Of a DNA stretch of 58,906 nt, positions 1 to 10,985 are shown one piece after another (positions within the stretch are counted from its first letter, which is position 1; each line of letters opens with the position of its first letter). The translations under genes and the position numbers were made by a program. This DNA is from Octopus bimaculoides. Lineage: Eukaryota. Under the pieces are notes generated by a model. It saw nothing but the letters and a program-made list of their open reading frames with translations, did no database searches and was not told the origin of the DNA. The stretch is taken from the NCBI RefSeq assembly GCF_001194135.2, contig NC_068987.1:16353787-16412692 (forward strand). The letters run 5' to 3'.

Positions 1-212
1 TAGTATGTATGTCGCTCTTATATATCTTTGTCTAGTATGTATGTCGCTCTTATATATCTTTGTCTAGTATGTATGTCGCTCTTATATATCTTTGTCTAGT
101 ATGTATGTCGCTCTTATATATCTTTGTCTAGTATGTATGTCGCTCTTATGTATCTTTGTCTAGTATGTATGTCGCTCTTATGTATCTTTGTCTAGTATGT
201 ATGTCACTCTTA
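1..212. repeat. 32-bp tandem minisatellite (TAGTATGTATGTCGCTCTTATRTATCTTTGTC), about 6.6 copies, running off the left edge
   Basis: Units start at 1, 33, 65, 97, 129, 161, 193 and are near-identical. Confidence 0.95.
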
Positions 213-619
213 GTACAACCAATAACATGCAGCTCAGTATATGGTCTGGCAGTCGACTACTAAACCGGTAACCCTACCAAGGCTGCTTGGTAAGGAGAAT
301 GATTTTCATTGGATGATTTCGCTGGACGAAAAACAAAGCCTGTCAAACGGCGGATGAACTGAGCAGCGTCAACGACTATCCAACAGCTGGGTGGGAGAGA
401 CCTCTAGTCTTTGTTCAAGTATCTTCTTAGGAGAAAGCAAACACTGCTGAAACACCTACGATTTCGTTTGCATTCATTGATTTAATCTAATTATTCTTTT
501 TGGGCAAACGCGTACGTCGTGTAGAGAGTAACATTGGCCATATGTAAGACTTTCCTCACTTTAATAAAGCTTCAGATTTAAGCATCGCTTGATTTTCAAC
601 ATCTCTGTTGTTTGTATAC

Positions 620-857
620 TATGGGTGGTCACTGAAAAAGGCAAAACACTCGATGAAAAATTCCAAGCTGGAACGAATGCATGTGTCAGCGTGAATGGTA
701 AGCTCTCTGAATACCTGTTGCAGGAGGTGCCCATCGTTACCACATCTGTGCAAAAGAGTTTACGTCCCTCGAAGGACTGAAAAGCCACATCCATGCTACT
801 CATATTTAATAGAACAACCAAGAGATGGCATTGCTCAAACTTGGGTTGCAGCCATCA
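620..857 (+). mobile_element. RTE-clade LINE 3' end (degenerate C-terminal zinc finger plus 3' UTR)
   Basis: 726-809 reads GAHRYHICAKEFTSLEGLKSHIHATHI* (decayed C2H2-like finger). Ends in GCCATCA followed by a CATG/TATG simple-repeat tail, like the copy at 4781-4993. Confidence 0.6.
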
Positions 858-946
858 AGCATGCATGCATGCATTTATGTATGTATGTATGCACATATGC
901 ACGTGTGTATGTATGTATACATGCACATATGCACGTGTGTTGTGAA

Positions 947-1263
947 GGCGCGTGGCTTAGTGGTTAGGGCATTCGGCTCACGATCGCAGAGTCGCGAGTT
1001 CAATTCCTGGCGACGCGTTGTGTCCTTGGGCAAGACACTTTATTTCGCGTTGCTCCAGTCCACTCAGCTGGCAAAAATGAGTAGTACCTGTGTTTCAAAG
1101 GGCCGGCCTTGTCACACTCTGTATCACGCTGAATCTCCCTGAGAACTACGTTAGGGGTACACGTGTCTGTGGATTACTCAGCCACTTGCACGTTAATTTC
1201 ATGAGCAAGCTGTTCCGTTGATCGTATCAGCTGGGACCCTCCTCGTCGTAACCGACGGAGTGC
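947..1263 (+). mobile_element. tRNA-derived SINE, family A (OR2/CORE-type octopus SINE; name from memory), full length
   Basis: A box TGGCTTAGTGG, B box GAGTTCAATTCC, core GTGTCCTTGGGCAAGACAC, tail ending GACGGAGTGC. Homologous copies at 27792-28161, 55429-55687, 56571-56894. Confidence 0.85.
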
Positions 1264-1435
1264 TCCTTCTATGCACGTGTGTATGTATGTATGTATGTAC
1301 GTTTTTTGCTACTCTAGGCACAAGGCCCAATGTATGTATATTTTATGCATGTTTTATGTATGTATGTGAAAACGAGTCAATGTATGTATGTATGTATCTG
1401 CATGTGGATGTATGTGTGTGTATGTGCGTGAGTCG

Positions 1436-1538
<103 letters not shown>

Positions 1539-3274
1539 GTTGTGTGTGTTATGTATAACTTTTCATCAGATATTAGATAAACAAGTCTCCAACTAGGTGA
1601 CAAGACCCCTTTTGTTGGGTATGTTTAGAAAGCATCTAGGCATTCATATAAGCTTTCAATTATTTTTTTTTTACAATACGCATGAATGTATTTCAATTCA
1701 CTTTATTCATACATTAAAATTCCCCTGAAACGCACATAAAAAATGGTTTCTAAGAAATAATGTCTTTTAAGGAAATTCAAACGTTGTTATTTGCTGTTGT
1801 CGTCGTGTTTTTGTTACTTAACAACAACAATAGCAACAACAACAACAACAATAACAACAACAACAGCAGCAGCAGGAGTATACCAAAAGAGTAATCTGCT
1901 ATTGAAATTGATAAAAAAAAAACAACGCCTTTGAAATTTTTAGTGTTCCAACAACACAAGGAATTTATAAAAGTCAGATGAAGTAGGTTGTTGTATAATC
2001 TTGTTTTATATAAAATCATAGAACATTGTTTATGCAGAAAGTGGGGGTGGGGAAAACGAGGAAGTATAAGGTCACCTCATGATACGTGTGTTCAAACCCG
2101 CATAGGAGAAGAGCAGTTTCGTTCCGTTAAGTTTTTGAACAAGACAGCTCTATACAACAAAACTTCACTACACTCTACACAACAAAACCTTGTAAGACCG
2201 AGACCATCATTTATGAAGCCACCGTAGATTCTACAACTGCTAAGGACACAGTTTCGTCAAAGCTTGTTCGAAATTTACAGGTAGTCTTGAAATACGCTTT
2301 TTGTGTGTGTGTGTGTGGGGGGGGGGGGGGTCCGAATGTCTATTTTTTTCAGAAGTGCTTGATTCTTGAATTCGCTTAAAGTTCAATAGGTAGTACTTCT
2401 GAAGATGCAGCGTTAGGGAATAACATCTTTGAAAATTATCTCCCTTGTTGTACACTTTTCATCTCTTCTACTTTGAGAGTTATTATCTGTTATTCACGAA
2501 CAATAGATAGGAAATTCAAGAAGTGAATGCGCTCTGAAAGAACCTGCATACGCCCATAAGAAAAAAATTGCGCCTTAAAATCTTGAGACTTGTTCACCAT
2601 TGAAAACACTAAACGTATTGGAAATTGATCAATCTCAAAAACGCAAGTTAAGAGATAAATTGGCATCACTTAGGCAGATTTTGATCCATGGAATAAAACC
2701 TTTGATTTTGAGTGTGCATTATCAATCAATTCGATATCCATGCAGATATTGTAGAAGTTAGTAATTTATATGCTTATTACGTTACATAATCCTTGTCGAA
2801 GGGATCTATTTCATAAGAGCTAAACTATTACACCAAGGCTTTAATTCAAATTTATGAGGTGGCATTTACTTCAGATAATACTAACCCTCTTCGTCATTCA
2901 TGCCGTAACGGATTTTCTCGTATATCTTCCGAATTTCGTAACTTTCCTCTTCTCTTAAACTTTTCGCGAATCTTCTAGTTCGTTCGTTCGTTCGTTTATT
3001 GCTTCTCTTCGCATTTTCATGATGACTATGTTATCAAAATTACGGAAAGTGTATTGAAAGAATAATGTATCTTTTATCCTTTCGTTTACTTGTTCCAGTC
3101 ATTGGATCGCAGCCATACTTGGGCACCGCCTTGAAGTACGTAGCCGAACAAATCCAACCCAGTGCTTATTCTATTGTACTAAGAAGTTACGAGGATGTAA
3201 ACGAAAACGGGTTGCTAAGCGATGGTGAAGGATTAACACAAACGTGTACTCTCTCTCTCACACACACACACACG

Positions 3275-3420
3275 CTGGCACTCCGTCGGTTACGACGATG
3301 AGGATTCAAGCTGATGCGATCAGCGGAACAGCCTGCTAGTGAAATTAACGTGTAAGTGGCTGAGCATTCCAGAGACACATATATTCTTGTAACGTAGATC
3401 TCAGGGTGTTTCAGCGTGGG
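3275..3420 (-). mobile_element. 3' fragment of family A SINE
   Basis: Reverse complement of the family A tail (GGCACTCCGTCGGTTACGACG...GGAACAGCCTGCT...AATTAACGTG). Confidence 0.75.
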
Positions 3421-3699
3421 GCAATCAAAGTACTCCAGACGATGAGTCAGCAGCCACCTTCCTATCTCCAGTAGGAAACAATCATTGCTCCGATTGCTGC
3501 GATGTTTTCGCTCTTTTTTCGCCTTTTCAACGGTTTTAATTGCTTGAGGTTTTTCCGATGTCAACTGCTCAAACACTTGTATTTAGGAAAGAGACTGGAA
3601 GTGGAGCTGTCTCTGTTGAGGTCTAGCCAAGGCCCACGAAATATAGTGCGGGTAACCTTCAACGAAAATCACTCATAAGAGATTGTTTTATATCTTACG

Positions 3700-3739
<40 letters not shown>

Positions 3740-3775
3740 GTAGTAGTAAGAATTCAAATGGTCGTATTCACTTAC

Positions 3776-3925
3776 TTGTGCAAATCTCTCCCGGAGCGCG
3801 TACTATGTCAGGTGAGATGTCATCGTAATCTGGATTACATTTGCACAAAAATGATTTCATGTAATGCTTACAGATGGCGTTCACGCTGCAGTAGTTGTAA
3901 CTCGAGTCTTGGCAGTGGTTGTATT
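3776..3925 (-). CDS. Exon D of EGF-SEA-EGF surface protein: second EGF-like domain (phase 1 to 1)
   Basis: Acceptor gttttgtttttttcag, donor gtaagtg, 150 nt. Encodes (E)YNHCQDSSYNYCSVNAICKHYMKSFLCKCNPDYDDISPDIVRAPGEICT with six Cys in EGF spacing. In frame with exon C. Absent from the ORF track. Confidence 0.92.
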
Positions 3926-4189
3926 CTGAAAAAAACAAAACACAAACAACAACAACAACAACAACGACATCAACAGCAAAATCAAAACACCAAAACCACA
4001 GTCAACACTTTTAACAAATCTTCACTTTATTATTTGCTTTCAGAGAACGTCCTCCCGTCCGTCNNNNNNNNNNNNNNNNNNNNNNNNNNNNNNNNNNNNN
4101 NNNNNNNNNNNNNNNNNNNNNNNNNNNNNNNNNNNNNNNNNNNNNNNNNNNNNNNNNNNNNNNNNNNNNNNNNNNNNNNNNNNNNNNNN

Positions 4190-4231
<42 letters not shown>

Positions 4232-4430
4232 CTGTTGTGCTAATGAAGGCTATTAAGTCAGAGACACGTGCTGCGACTATCCTCTTATCTTCAGGTAACA
4301 AAGCCTGTCCTTTTTCCATATTGGCATGTCAGTTTTGCAAAGTTCTTGATTTTTCAGATTTTTTCCCCCTTCGCAAGTGGAGCTGGCTTTAGCTGCCCTT
4401 AATCATCAATGGTGACACTTCCTCCACAAG

Positions 4431-4770
4431 CAGCGGATGTTAACATAAAGCTGAAGATTAGTGAAAAAGAGAATACCTACGCTGAACTATTGAGAAATCT
4501 GCAGTTACTTTATCCAGATTACAACTTCAGGTTTATACCTGTAATTATTGGGGCCCTGGGATATGTAATACACTGCCTAAATACCAATCTTGAGAAATTA
4601 GGCTTCTCAAAACCAGAAAGGAGAAAGCTAATTCGAAGACTACAGATGCAATACATCACTGGAACTGTAAAAATCTGTAAAACTTTCCAGAAGTTCGTAA
4701 TGCAAATATGAGCATATCTAGATACGCAACTATACACAAAACAAAACATGCAAATCTGCTTACATACATA
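4431..4770 (+). mobile_element. 3' fragment of a restriction-like-endonuclease (R2 superclade, R4/Dong/Hero-like) non-LTR retrotransposon
   Basis: ADVNIKLKISEKENTYAELLRNLQLLYPDYNFRFIPVIIGALG...ITGTVKICKTF matches the C-terminal RLE pattern (EK..KY..L, PVIIGALG, GT.KI). Followed by a short UTR and TACA repeat. Confidence 0.8.
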
Positions 4771-4780
4771 CATGCATACA

Positions 4781-4993
4781 TGATGGCCGTCCACTCGTGA
4801 CCGAGGAAGACCATTGCCGACCTTCAGGAACATTGTGCGCTCTAGGACTAACTTATATTTTGCATTTGCGGCTCCGTTGGTGGCTAATGAGCCCTGCTCT
4901 TGACAAGCATACACGACTGCAAACATTGCAGACCAAGCTTTACCCATTCACTATACGAGCCGTGCGCTTTCGCGCAGCTCGCTTAAGTTCTTC
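4781..4993 (-). mobile_element. RTE-clade LINE 3' end
   Basis: Minus strand reads EELKRAARKRTARIVNG*SLVCNVCSRVCLSRAGLISHQRS (RTE C-terminal zinc finger), ending GACGGCCATCA. Confidence 0.8.
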
Positions 4994-5382
4994 ATATGTA
5001 TACATACATACATACATGCATGCATGCATACATACATACAAACAAACAAACAAAAATACTCTTTTGTTGATGTTGAAATTCCAGTGAAGGAGTCTTGAAT
5101 CTAGGTTAGAAACCGGATCTTTCTCTATTGGTGAGAAATCTTGAAATAAAACTGACATACACATACAGCAACACAAAAAATATTGGTAGCGTTTACTAAA
5201 CGTGAACATCTATCACATCTTTGCTTTTGTGATCTAATTCCAGCGACTGACCTTTGTTCACTCGTTACAAACCAGTTCCCCTTTTTTATAGAAAGAATTT
5301 AAATAGTATATGAATATAGAATATTTAGTTCTATATACACTTACATCCATTCATCCATCCATCCCTACATACTACAGCTACC

Positions 5383-5446
<64 letters not shown>

Positions 5447-7687
5447 TTACTACTACTACTACTACTACTACTACTGTTGCTGCTGCTGCTACCACCACCA
5501 ACACCAGTAGCAGTAACACCACCGCCGTCGCCAACACCCCCACCATACCCCACCCCGCCACTACTACTGTCGTCAGTCTTAAACGGATACTGTTTGGTAA
5601 TATGTACCGTGCTTTCGTTAATGTCTTAGGTGCCTATTTAGTCGCGAGCAGACAGAGACACATTCTCAGCCCCCCCCCCTTACTCTTGACATCTTAGGAC
5701 ATCCATGATGTGACAGCTGGAAGGAGAGAGGGAGGGCTGCACTAGCCCAACACACACTAGGCTGGTACTCATTTTAGTTAAGGAGAGAAATGGAAGAACG
5801 AGAATTATAGCACCTAACTCCAAGATGCAACACACCACCCAGTCTAGGATTCGAACACGCACTCTAACCACTAAGCTGCGTTCCTTCACTGATGCTATAT
5901 ACGTACATACATGCATAAACACTTGCGTATATAATGTATGTATTTATGCATGTCTATGTACATATATGTTTGTATGTATGCGTACATAACACATACATAC
6001 AAACTTACGTACATGCATACATACAAGGATACATAAATACATGCATACATGCGTAATAATACATACATACATAGACGACATGTATTCGTACAAAATACAT
6101 ACATACACAAATATGCATGCGTACATACATACGTACGAACATATATAAATACATACGCAGAAACATACATACATACGTACAAACGCATACATACATACAT
6201 GCATACATATGGCCGTTAGCGACAGACTTGCAGACGCAGAGGTTCATTAAAAATGCGATTTTGAACGTTATCTCCTGTAACTATGCCAACCTGGAGAAAC
6301 GAAGACCAGTAAATCGCTCTGTTTTACTTTTACCAATAAGAGATGCACCTCTTACTCACCAATTCACCGCCATTCACACTAGGTTACACAAGAAATTCCC
6401 CCCTCATAGAATTTCGTTTATACTATTATGGTTGACAATAGCCCCAACATTAACATCAACACCACCGACGTACGTGTGAACCATTTTCGAAAGCGTAACT
6501 AAATCTATCGTCAAATGTAATATAGGTATCGAATTTTGACACAAGGCCAGCAATTTCAGGAGAAAGAGAATATCGACCCCAGTGTTTAACTGGTACTTAT
6601 TTTATCGACTCCGAAATGTTGAAAGGCAAGGCAAAGTCGTCCTCGGCGCAATTTGAACGCGAAGACGGATGAAATGTCGCCTAGTATTTTACCCGACGTG
6701 CCAACGATTCTGCCAGCTCGTCGACCGCTACTCTAAGAATATTGGTTTCAAATTTTGGCACGATGTCAGCAACTTCGGGGAAGGGGATAAGTCGATTACA
6801 TTGACCCCCGTTGTTCAAATGGGCCTATNNNNNNNNNNNNNNNNNNNNNNNNNNNNNNNNNNNNNNNNNNNNNNNNNNNNNNNNNNNNNNNNNNNNNNNN
6901 NNNNNNNNNNNNNNNNNNNNNNNNNNNNNNNNNNNNNNNNNNNNNNNNNNNNNNNNNNNNNNNNNNNNNNNNNNNNNNNNNNNNNNNNNNNNNNNNNNNN
7001 NNNNNNNNNNNNNNNNGGTGGACATTTTGCCCGGCGTGCTAACGATTCTGCCAGCTCGCTACCTTAATAATAATAATAATGATAATGGTTTCAAATTTTG
7101 CCACAAGGGCAGCAATTTTGAGGGAGGTGATGAGTCGATTACATCGACCCCAGTGTTTAACTGGTACCTATTTTATCAACTCCAAAAGGATGAAAGGTAA
7201 AGTCGACCTCGGTGGAATTTGAACTCAGAACACAGAGACGGGCGAAATGCTGTCAAACATTTTGCTCGGCGTGCTAAAAATTCTGCCAGCTCACCGCCTT
7301 GCATCGTCAAATTTAATGCCGCGTGTTACCGATAGAGGGCGGTGAGCTGGGAGAATCGTTAACAAGCTTTGACAAAATGCTTAGCAGCATTTCTTGCGAC
7401 TCTTTACGTTCTGGTCTGATTTCAAATCCTGCCGAGGTCAACTTTGCCTTTCAACTCTTCGAGGCCGATAAAATACATCACCAGACAAGTACTGGGGTCG
7501 ATGTAATCAACTTGCATCCCAACCCTCTCTTCAAGATAGCTGACTTTGAATCCTGCAAGGGGCCCGCCTCCCGTTTAGGGGGAATGTTGCATTCTCGGTC
7601 GCTTACACGCTATGGAAATCGGGTACTTTACGAGTCATGTGTCTATAAAATAATAAAGAAATACAAATAAACAAATAATTAATTTAC

Positions 7688-7934
7688 CTGTTATCTTGTT
7701 TTTGTTATTTAATCCTTCTAGTTGGTCCCATCTTATGTATACATAGGTTCCATTGTTTTGAGTCTCTGCGAGACCTTTCTTATAGATTTTTTCAATCTCC
7801 TCGACGCTAGGTGCGTCTGATTTCTCTACAGATATTCGAAAGTTCACTTCAACATAAGTAGGTTTCCAAATAATGTGGACTATTTGAACACCTAGCAAAC
7901 CTGGAAGCCTTTGAGAAGGAAATATTGATAGTAA
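7688..7934 (-). CDS. Exon C: C-terminal part of SEA domain (phase 0 to 1)
   Basis: Acceptor ttttctgtttcag, donor gtaaat, 247 nt. Encodes LLSIFPSQRLPGLLGVQIVHIIWKPTYVEVNFRISVEKSDAPSVEEIEKIYKKGLAETQNNGTYVYIRWDQLEGLNNKNKIT. Continues exon B in frame and fits the SEA strand/helix pattern. Confidence 0.88.
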
Positions 7935-8529
7935 CTGAAACAGAAAATAAACAGATAAAATAACGGGTAACAGCAGACAAGATAAAAATAAAGATAGCAT
8001 AAAAACAAAAAAAAAGATGTGGGTTAGTCAATTAAATTGACTCGAGTACATCACTGGTACTCTATTTTATCGATCCCTAAAATGATAAAAACAAATTTGA
8101 CCATGATGAGATTCGAGCTCTAAAAAAACCCCCAAAAAACCCGGAAGAAATGCTGAAAGGAATTTTGTCCGACGTTTTAACGAGTCTGCTAATCCATCAC
8201 GCATATAAACACAAACAACCACACATACGCGCGCGCAGGTGCATATATATATNNNNNNNNNNNNNNNNNNNNNNNNNNNNNNNNNNNNNNNNNNNTGGTT
8301 TGCGCCTGAAGAATACGTTTGAGTTCTCTCAACATATGAAACTGTTAGTAGCGCTTTAATACATGTATTGCGACCTTTAAGTAAATAAAATTATATATAT
8401 ATTTTATGTATGTATGCATATTTGTTTGTTTGTTTGTTTGTTTGTGTGTGTGTGGGGGGGGGCGTGCGTGTACCTACATACACATATATGCACGTATGAA
8501 AAAGTATACACACTTAAGCATATAATGAC

Positions 8530-8960
8530 GATGATGATTGTCCCTCCCGTCGATTTCGCCGTATGAGTGTTCGAAAGAATGGACCATAAATACAAGAAGC
8601 TAAAAAAGCTGCATCTATTTGCGATGGATGCATGAATGTAATTCGAGTCCAGGTATGGATTTTGCTACGAAGTCACAATGGAGACGATGGTGATTTTGAT
8701 TTCGCCAGAGATTGGACAAATGTCTCTGTTGATGAGAGGATATAATTCTTTTATTGTTCTATTTCTTCAATTCAAATAATTGTAAAGCATCATGACACAT
8801 TTTACGCCATTCAGATCGATGTAGGCAATAACTTTCCCAAGATGTTGAATGAAGCTGTCGGGATTTTAACGATTGTTTCAACTTATCCTTATACCTAGAA
8901 ATGGTCTTCCATTACCACGGAATTCAGTGGGTTGACAAAAACATTAAGGACGATACAAAA
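8530..8960 (-). mobile_element. RTE-clade LINE 3' fragment
   Basis: With one frameshift reads RGNGRPFL/RYKDKLKQSLKSRQLHSTSWESYCLHRSEWRKMC (RTE GRP..RYKD.LK...WE...R..WR motif), then CDFVAKSIPGLELH, ending in an ATC repeat tail. Confidence 0.75.
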
Positions 8961-9169
8961 TGTGGTTACATAAAAACGTGTAAAAAAATAAAATATTTGA
9001 AAGAAAAAAGAAGAAAAGAGAAAGAATCTAAACAGGAAATAATTCCCCAGTAGGAGAGGAGACCTCCGAGGGCTTTTTACGGAAACCCTCGAAAAGCATG
9101 GTGATCCTGATTACATTGGCAAGTACTTTTTTCAAGCTGTTCGTTTTCAATCTGAAGGTGCACGATCAG

Positions 9170-9690
9170 GGAAGGCTTGTTCGCTCAGACCATGTTCAGC
9201 AGTCTCATCTATCTTTTAACAAATTTGCTGGTCGGTAGCATTTCTTTCTCCATCCTCGCTCTCCTTTTCTAGTTAAACTTGAAAAAGTTCACGAAGGTTT
9301 GGCCATTAAGGAAGATGCTTGTCTTCAGCTCTTTCATTCTTGTCCAGCATTAAAGTAAATATGACATACAAAAAAATCTCTACGGACGTATGATGCTGTC
9401 CTCTTGATATAGGAATCTCCTACTAGGACCAATCAAGAAATCTACAAATTCAGAATCACTCTGATCACCGACAGCACGAGCCCACTCCCTGCTATTCTCT
9501 TGTCTACAGGGTTAGGGAACAAGAGCATAGAGTAGTTCCATTCACCTTAACCATTTTCGCCACAGTCACCCAGATTTTGACAAATTCGCTAGAAAGTGAA
9601 TATGAGATAAGCTCTTTCTCTCTACTTTTATTTTCCTTTCGAAGCAGAACTTGGAAAAGTCGACGACTGATTGACCAAAGAGGAAGGTAT
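9170..9690 (-). mobile_element. Degenerate L1/Tx1-like ORF2 3' remnants, apparently two pieces
   Basis: Two similar segments (GAATTTGTCAAAATCTGGGTGACTGTGGCGAAAATGG and AAATTTGTTAAAAGATAGATGAGACTGCTGAACATGG) resembling the F.KRW terminus. Recognised from memory only. Confidence 0.4.
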
Positions 9691-9904
9691 CTTTTCTACT
9701 CTAGGCACAAGACCCAGAATTTTTGGGGAGGGGGTTAGTCTATTAGATCGACCCCAGTACGCAAGTGGTACTTAATTTATCGACCCTGAAAGGATGAAAG
9801 GCAAAGTCGACCTCGGCGGAATTTGAACTCAGAACGTAGCAGCAGACGAAATACCCCTAAGCATTTCGCCTGGCGTGCTAACGTTTCTGCCAGGTCGCCG
9901 CCTT
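9691..9904 (-). mobile_element. tRNA-derived SINE, family B (OK/Nin-domain-like; name from memory). Representative of roughly 45 full or partial copies, e.g. 10250-10460, 15030-15190, 23110-23310, 28988-29182, 31085-31290(+), 33950-34155, 46100-46275, 50190-50760, 51760-52400(+), 53990-54430(+), 58580-58770
   Basis: Minus strand AAGGCGGCGACCTGGCAGAAACGTTAG...TGAGTTCAAATTCCGCCGAGGTCGACTTTGCCTTTCATCCTTTC.GGGTCGATAAATTAAGTACC...GTGCCTAGAGTAGAAAAG. The same motif recurs throughout the window. Confidence 0.9.
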
Positions 9905-10699
9905 TAGAGGTGTCCAATCTTGGTCTTTTCTTGGCTCGGGATTGCATCTCTCCCAAAAAGACGAGCTGAGGAAAAGCGTGCGTCGGCATAGTCGACGTCT
10001 AATACAACATCAGTTGCAAAATTAATAATAATGGTTTCAAATTTTGGCACAAGGCCAGCAATTTCAGGTAGAGGGATTACAGCAATTTCGGGTAAGTCGA
10101 TTACATCGACTCCAGCGCTCAACAGGTCATTATCTTATTGATCTCAAAAGGATGAAAGTTGACCTTGGTGGCATTTGAGCTCAGATCGTAAAGACGGACG
10201 AAATGACGCTCTGCCGGCTTGTTGCATTACATAACAACAACAATAGTAATCCCTTCTACTATAGGCGCAAGGCTTGAAATTTTGGGTTAGGGGGCTAGTC
10301 GATTTCATCGACCTCAGTGCTTAACTGGTACTTATTTTATCGTCCCCGAAGGGAGGACAGACAAAGCCGACCTTGGCGGAATTTGAACTCAGAACACAAC
10401 GCCGGAAGAAACACCGCTAAGCATTTTTCCGGCGTGCTAACGATCCTGCCAGTTAACTACCTTAGCAACAACATAAAGACTTAAGAATAACGTAAAGACT
10501 TAAGAATATACAAAACCTGAAAAGTTTAGGACTAGATGTGATTGAAACGATTTGGCTTAAATGCTAAGAGTATCAGTTTGCATTTTGTTATGTTGTCTTG
10601 CTTCATATTTACCAGAAAGTTTCCTGTTATGGACGGAGATAAAAGAGAAAACTAAACGCTCTTTATACTAAAATATGGAAGAAAAAACCTCCCCTGAAT

Positions 10700-10985
10700 T
10701 AACTAGATTTTGCCCTATCAAATATCAGCTGCCGATGTGGAAGCTGCTGACAGAACTGATGGTTGGAGGGATATAATTTCTACTTGAAATGGAATATCTA
10801 GATCCTCAAGAACAAATTATAACTATATATTGACGGAATATTGGCAAAATGATACTTCAACAGAGGATACATCGCAAGAAGAATCTATCTGAGGAATGGA
10901 TGGGTTGTTAAAAGAGTATATGAGAGGATTCCTTCTTCCTGGATTTTAAAATATTTGAAAATATTTGCCATCCACAATGTAATAA
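10700..10985 (+). mobile_element. Degenerate reverse-transcriptase fragment of an RLE-type (R4/Dong-like) LINE
   Basis: Remnants PMWKLLT and RKKNLS...VYERIPSSWILKYLKIF match the RT motifs PxxWKLLT and NL...DYKKAYDxVPHSWI. Frameshifted. Confidence 0.6.

Noticed and set aside
1-212. CRISPR array
   Set aside because: Head-to-tail identical units without spacers, in eukaryotic DNA.
947-1020. tRNA genes at SINE heads (also 27792, 55429, 56571)
   Set aside because: A and B boxes are present but there is no closed acceptor stem, and each continues into the SINE body.
2885-3030. Minus-strand 46-codon frame ending at a gttagt donor as the next exon after D
   Set aside because: Only phase 2 or 0 acceptors, contains a GAAC repeat, no TM or EGF signal.
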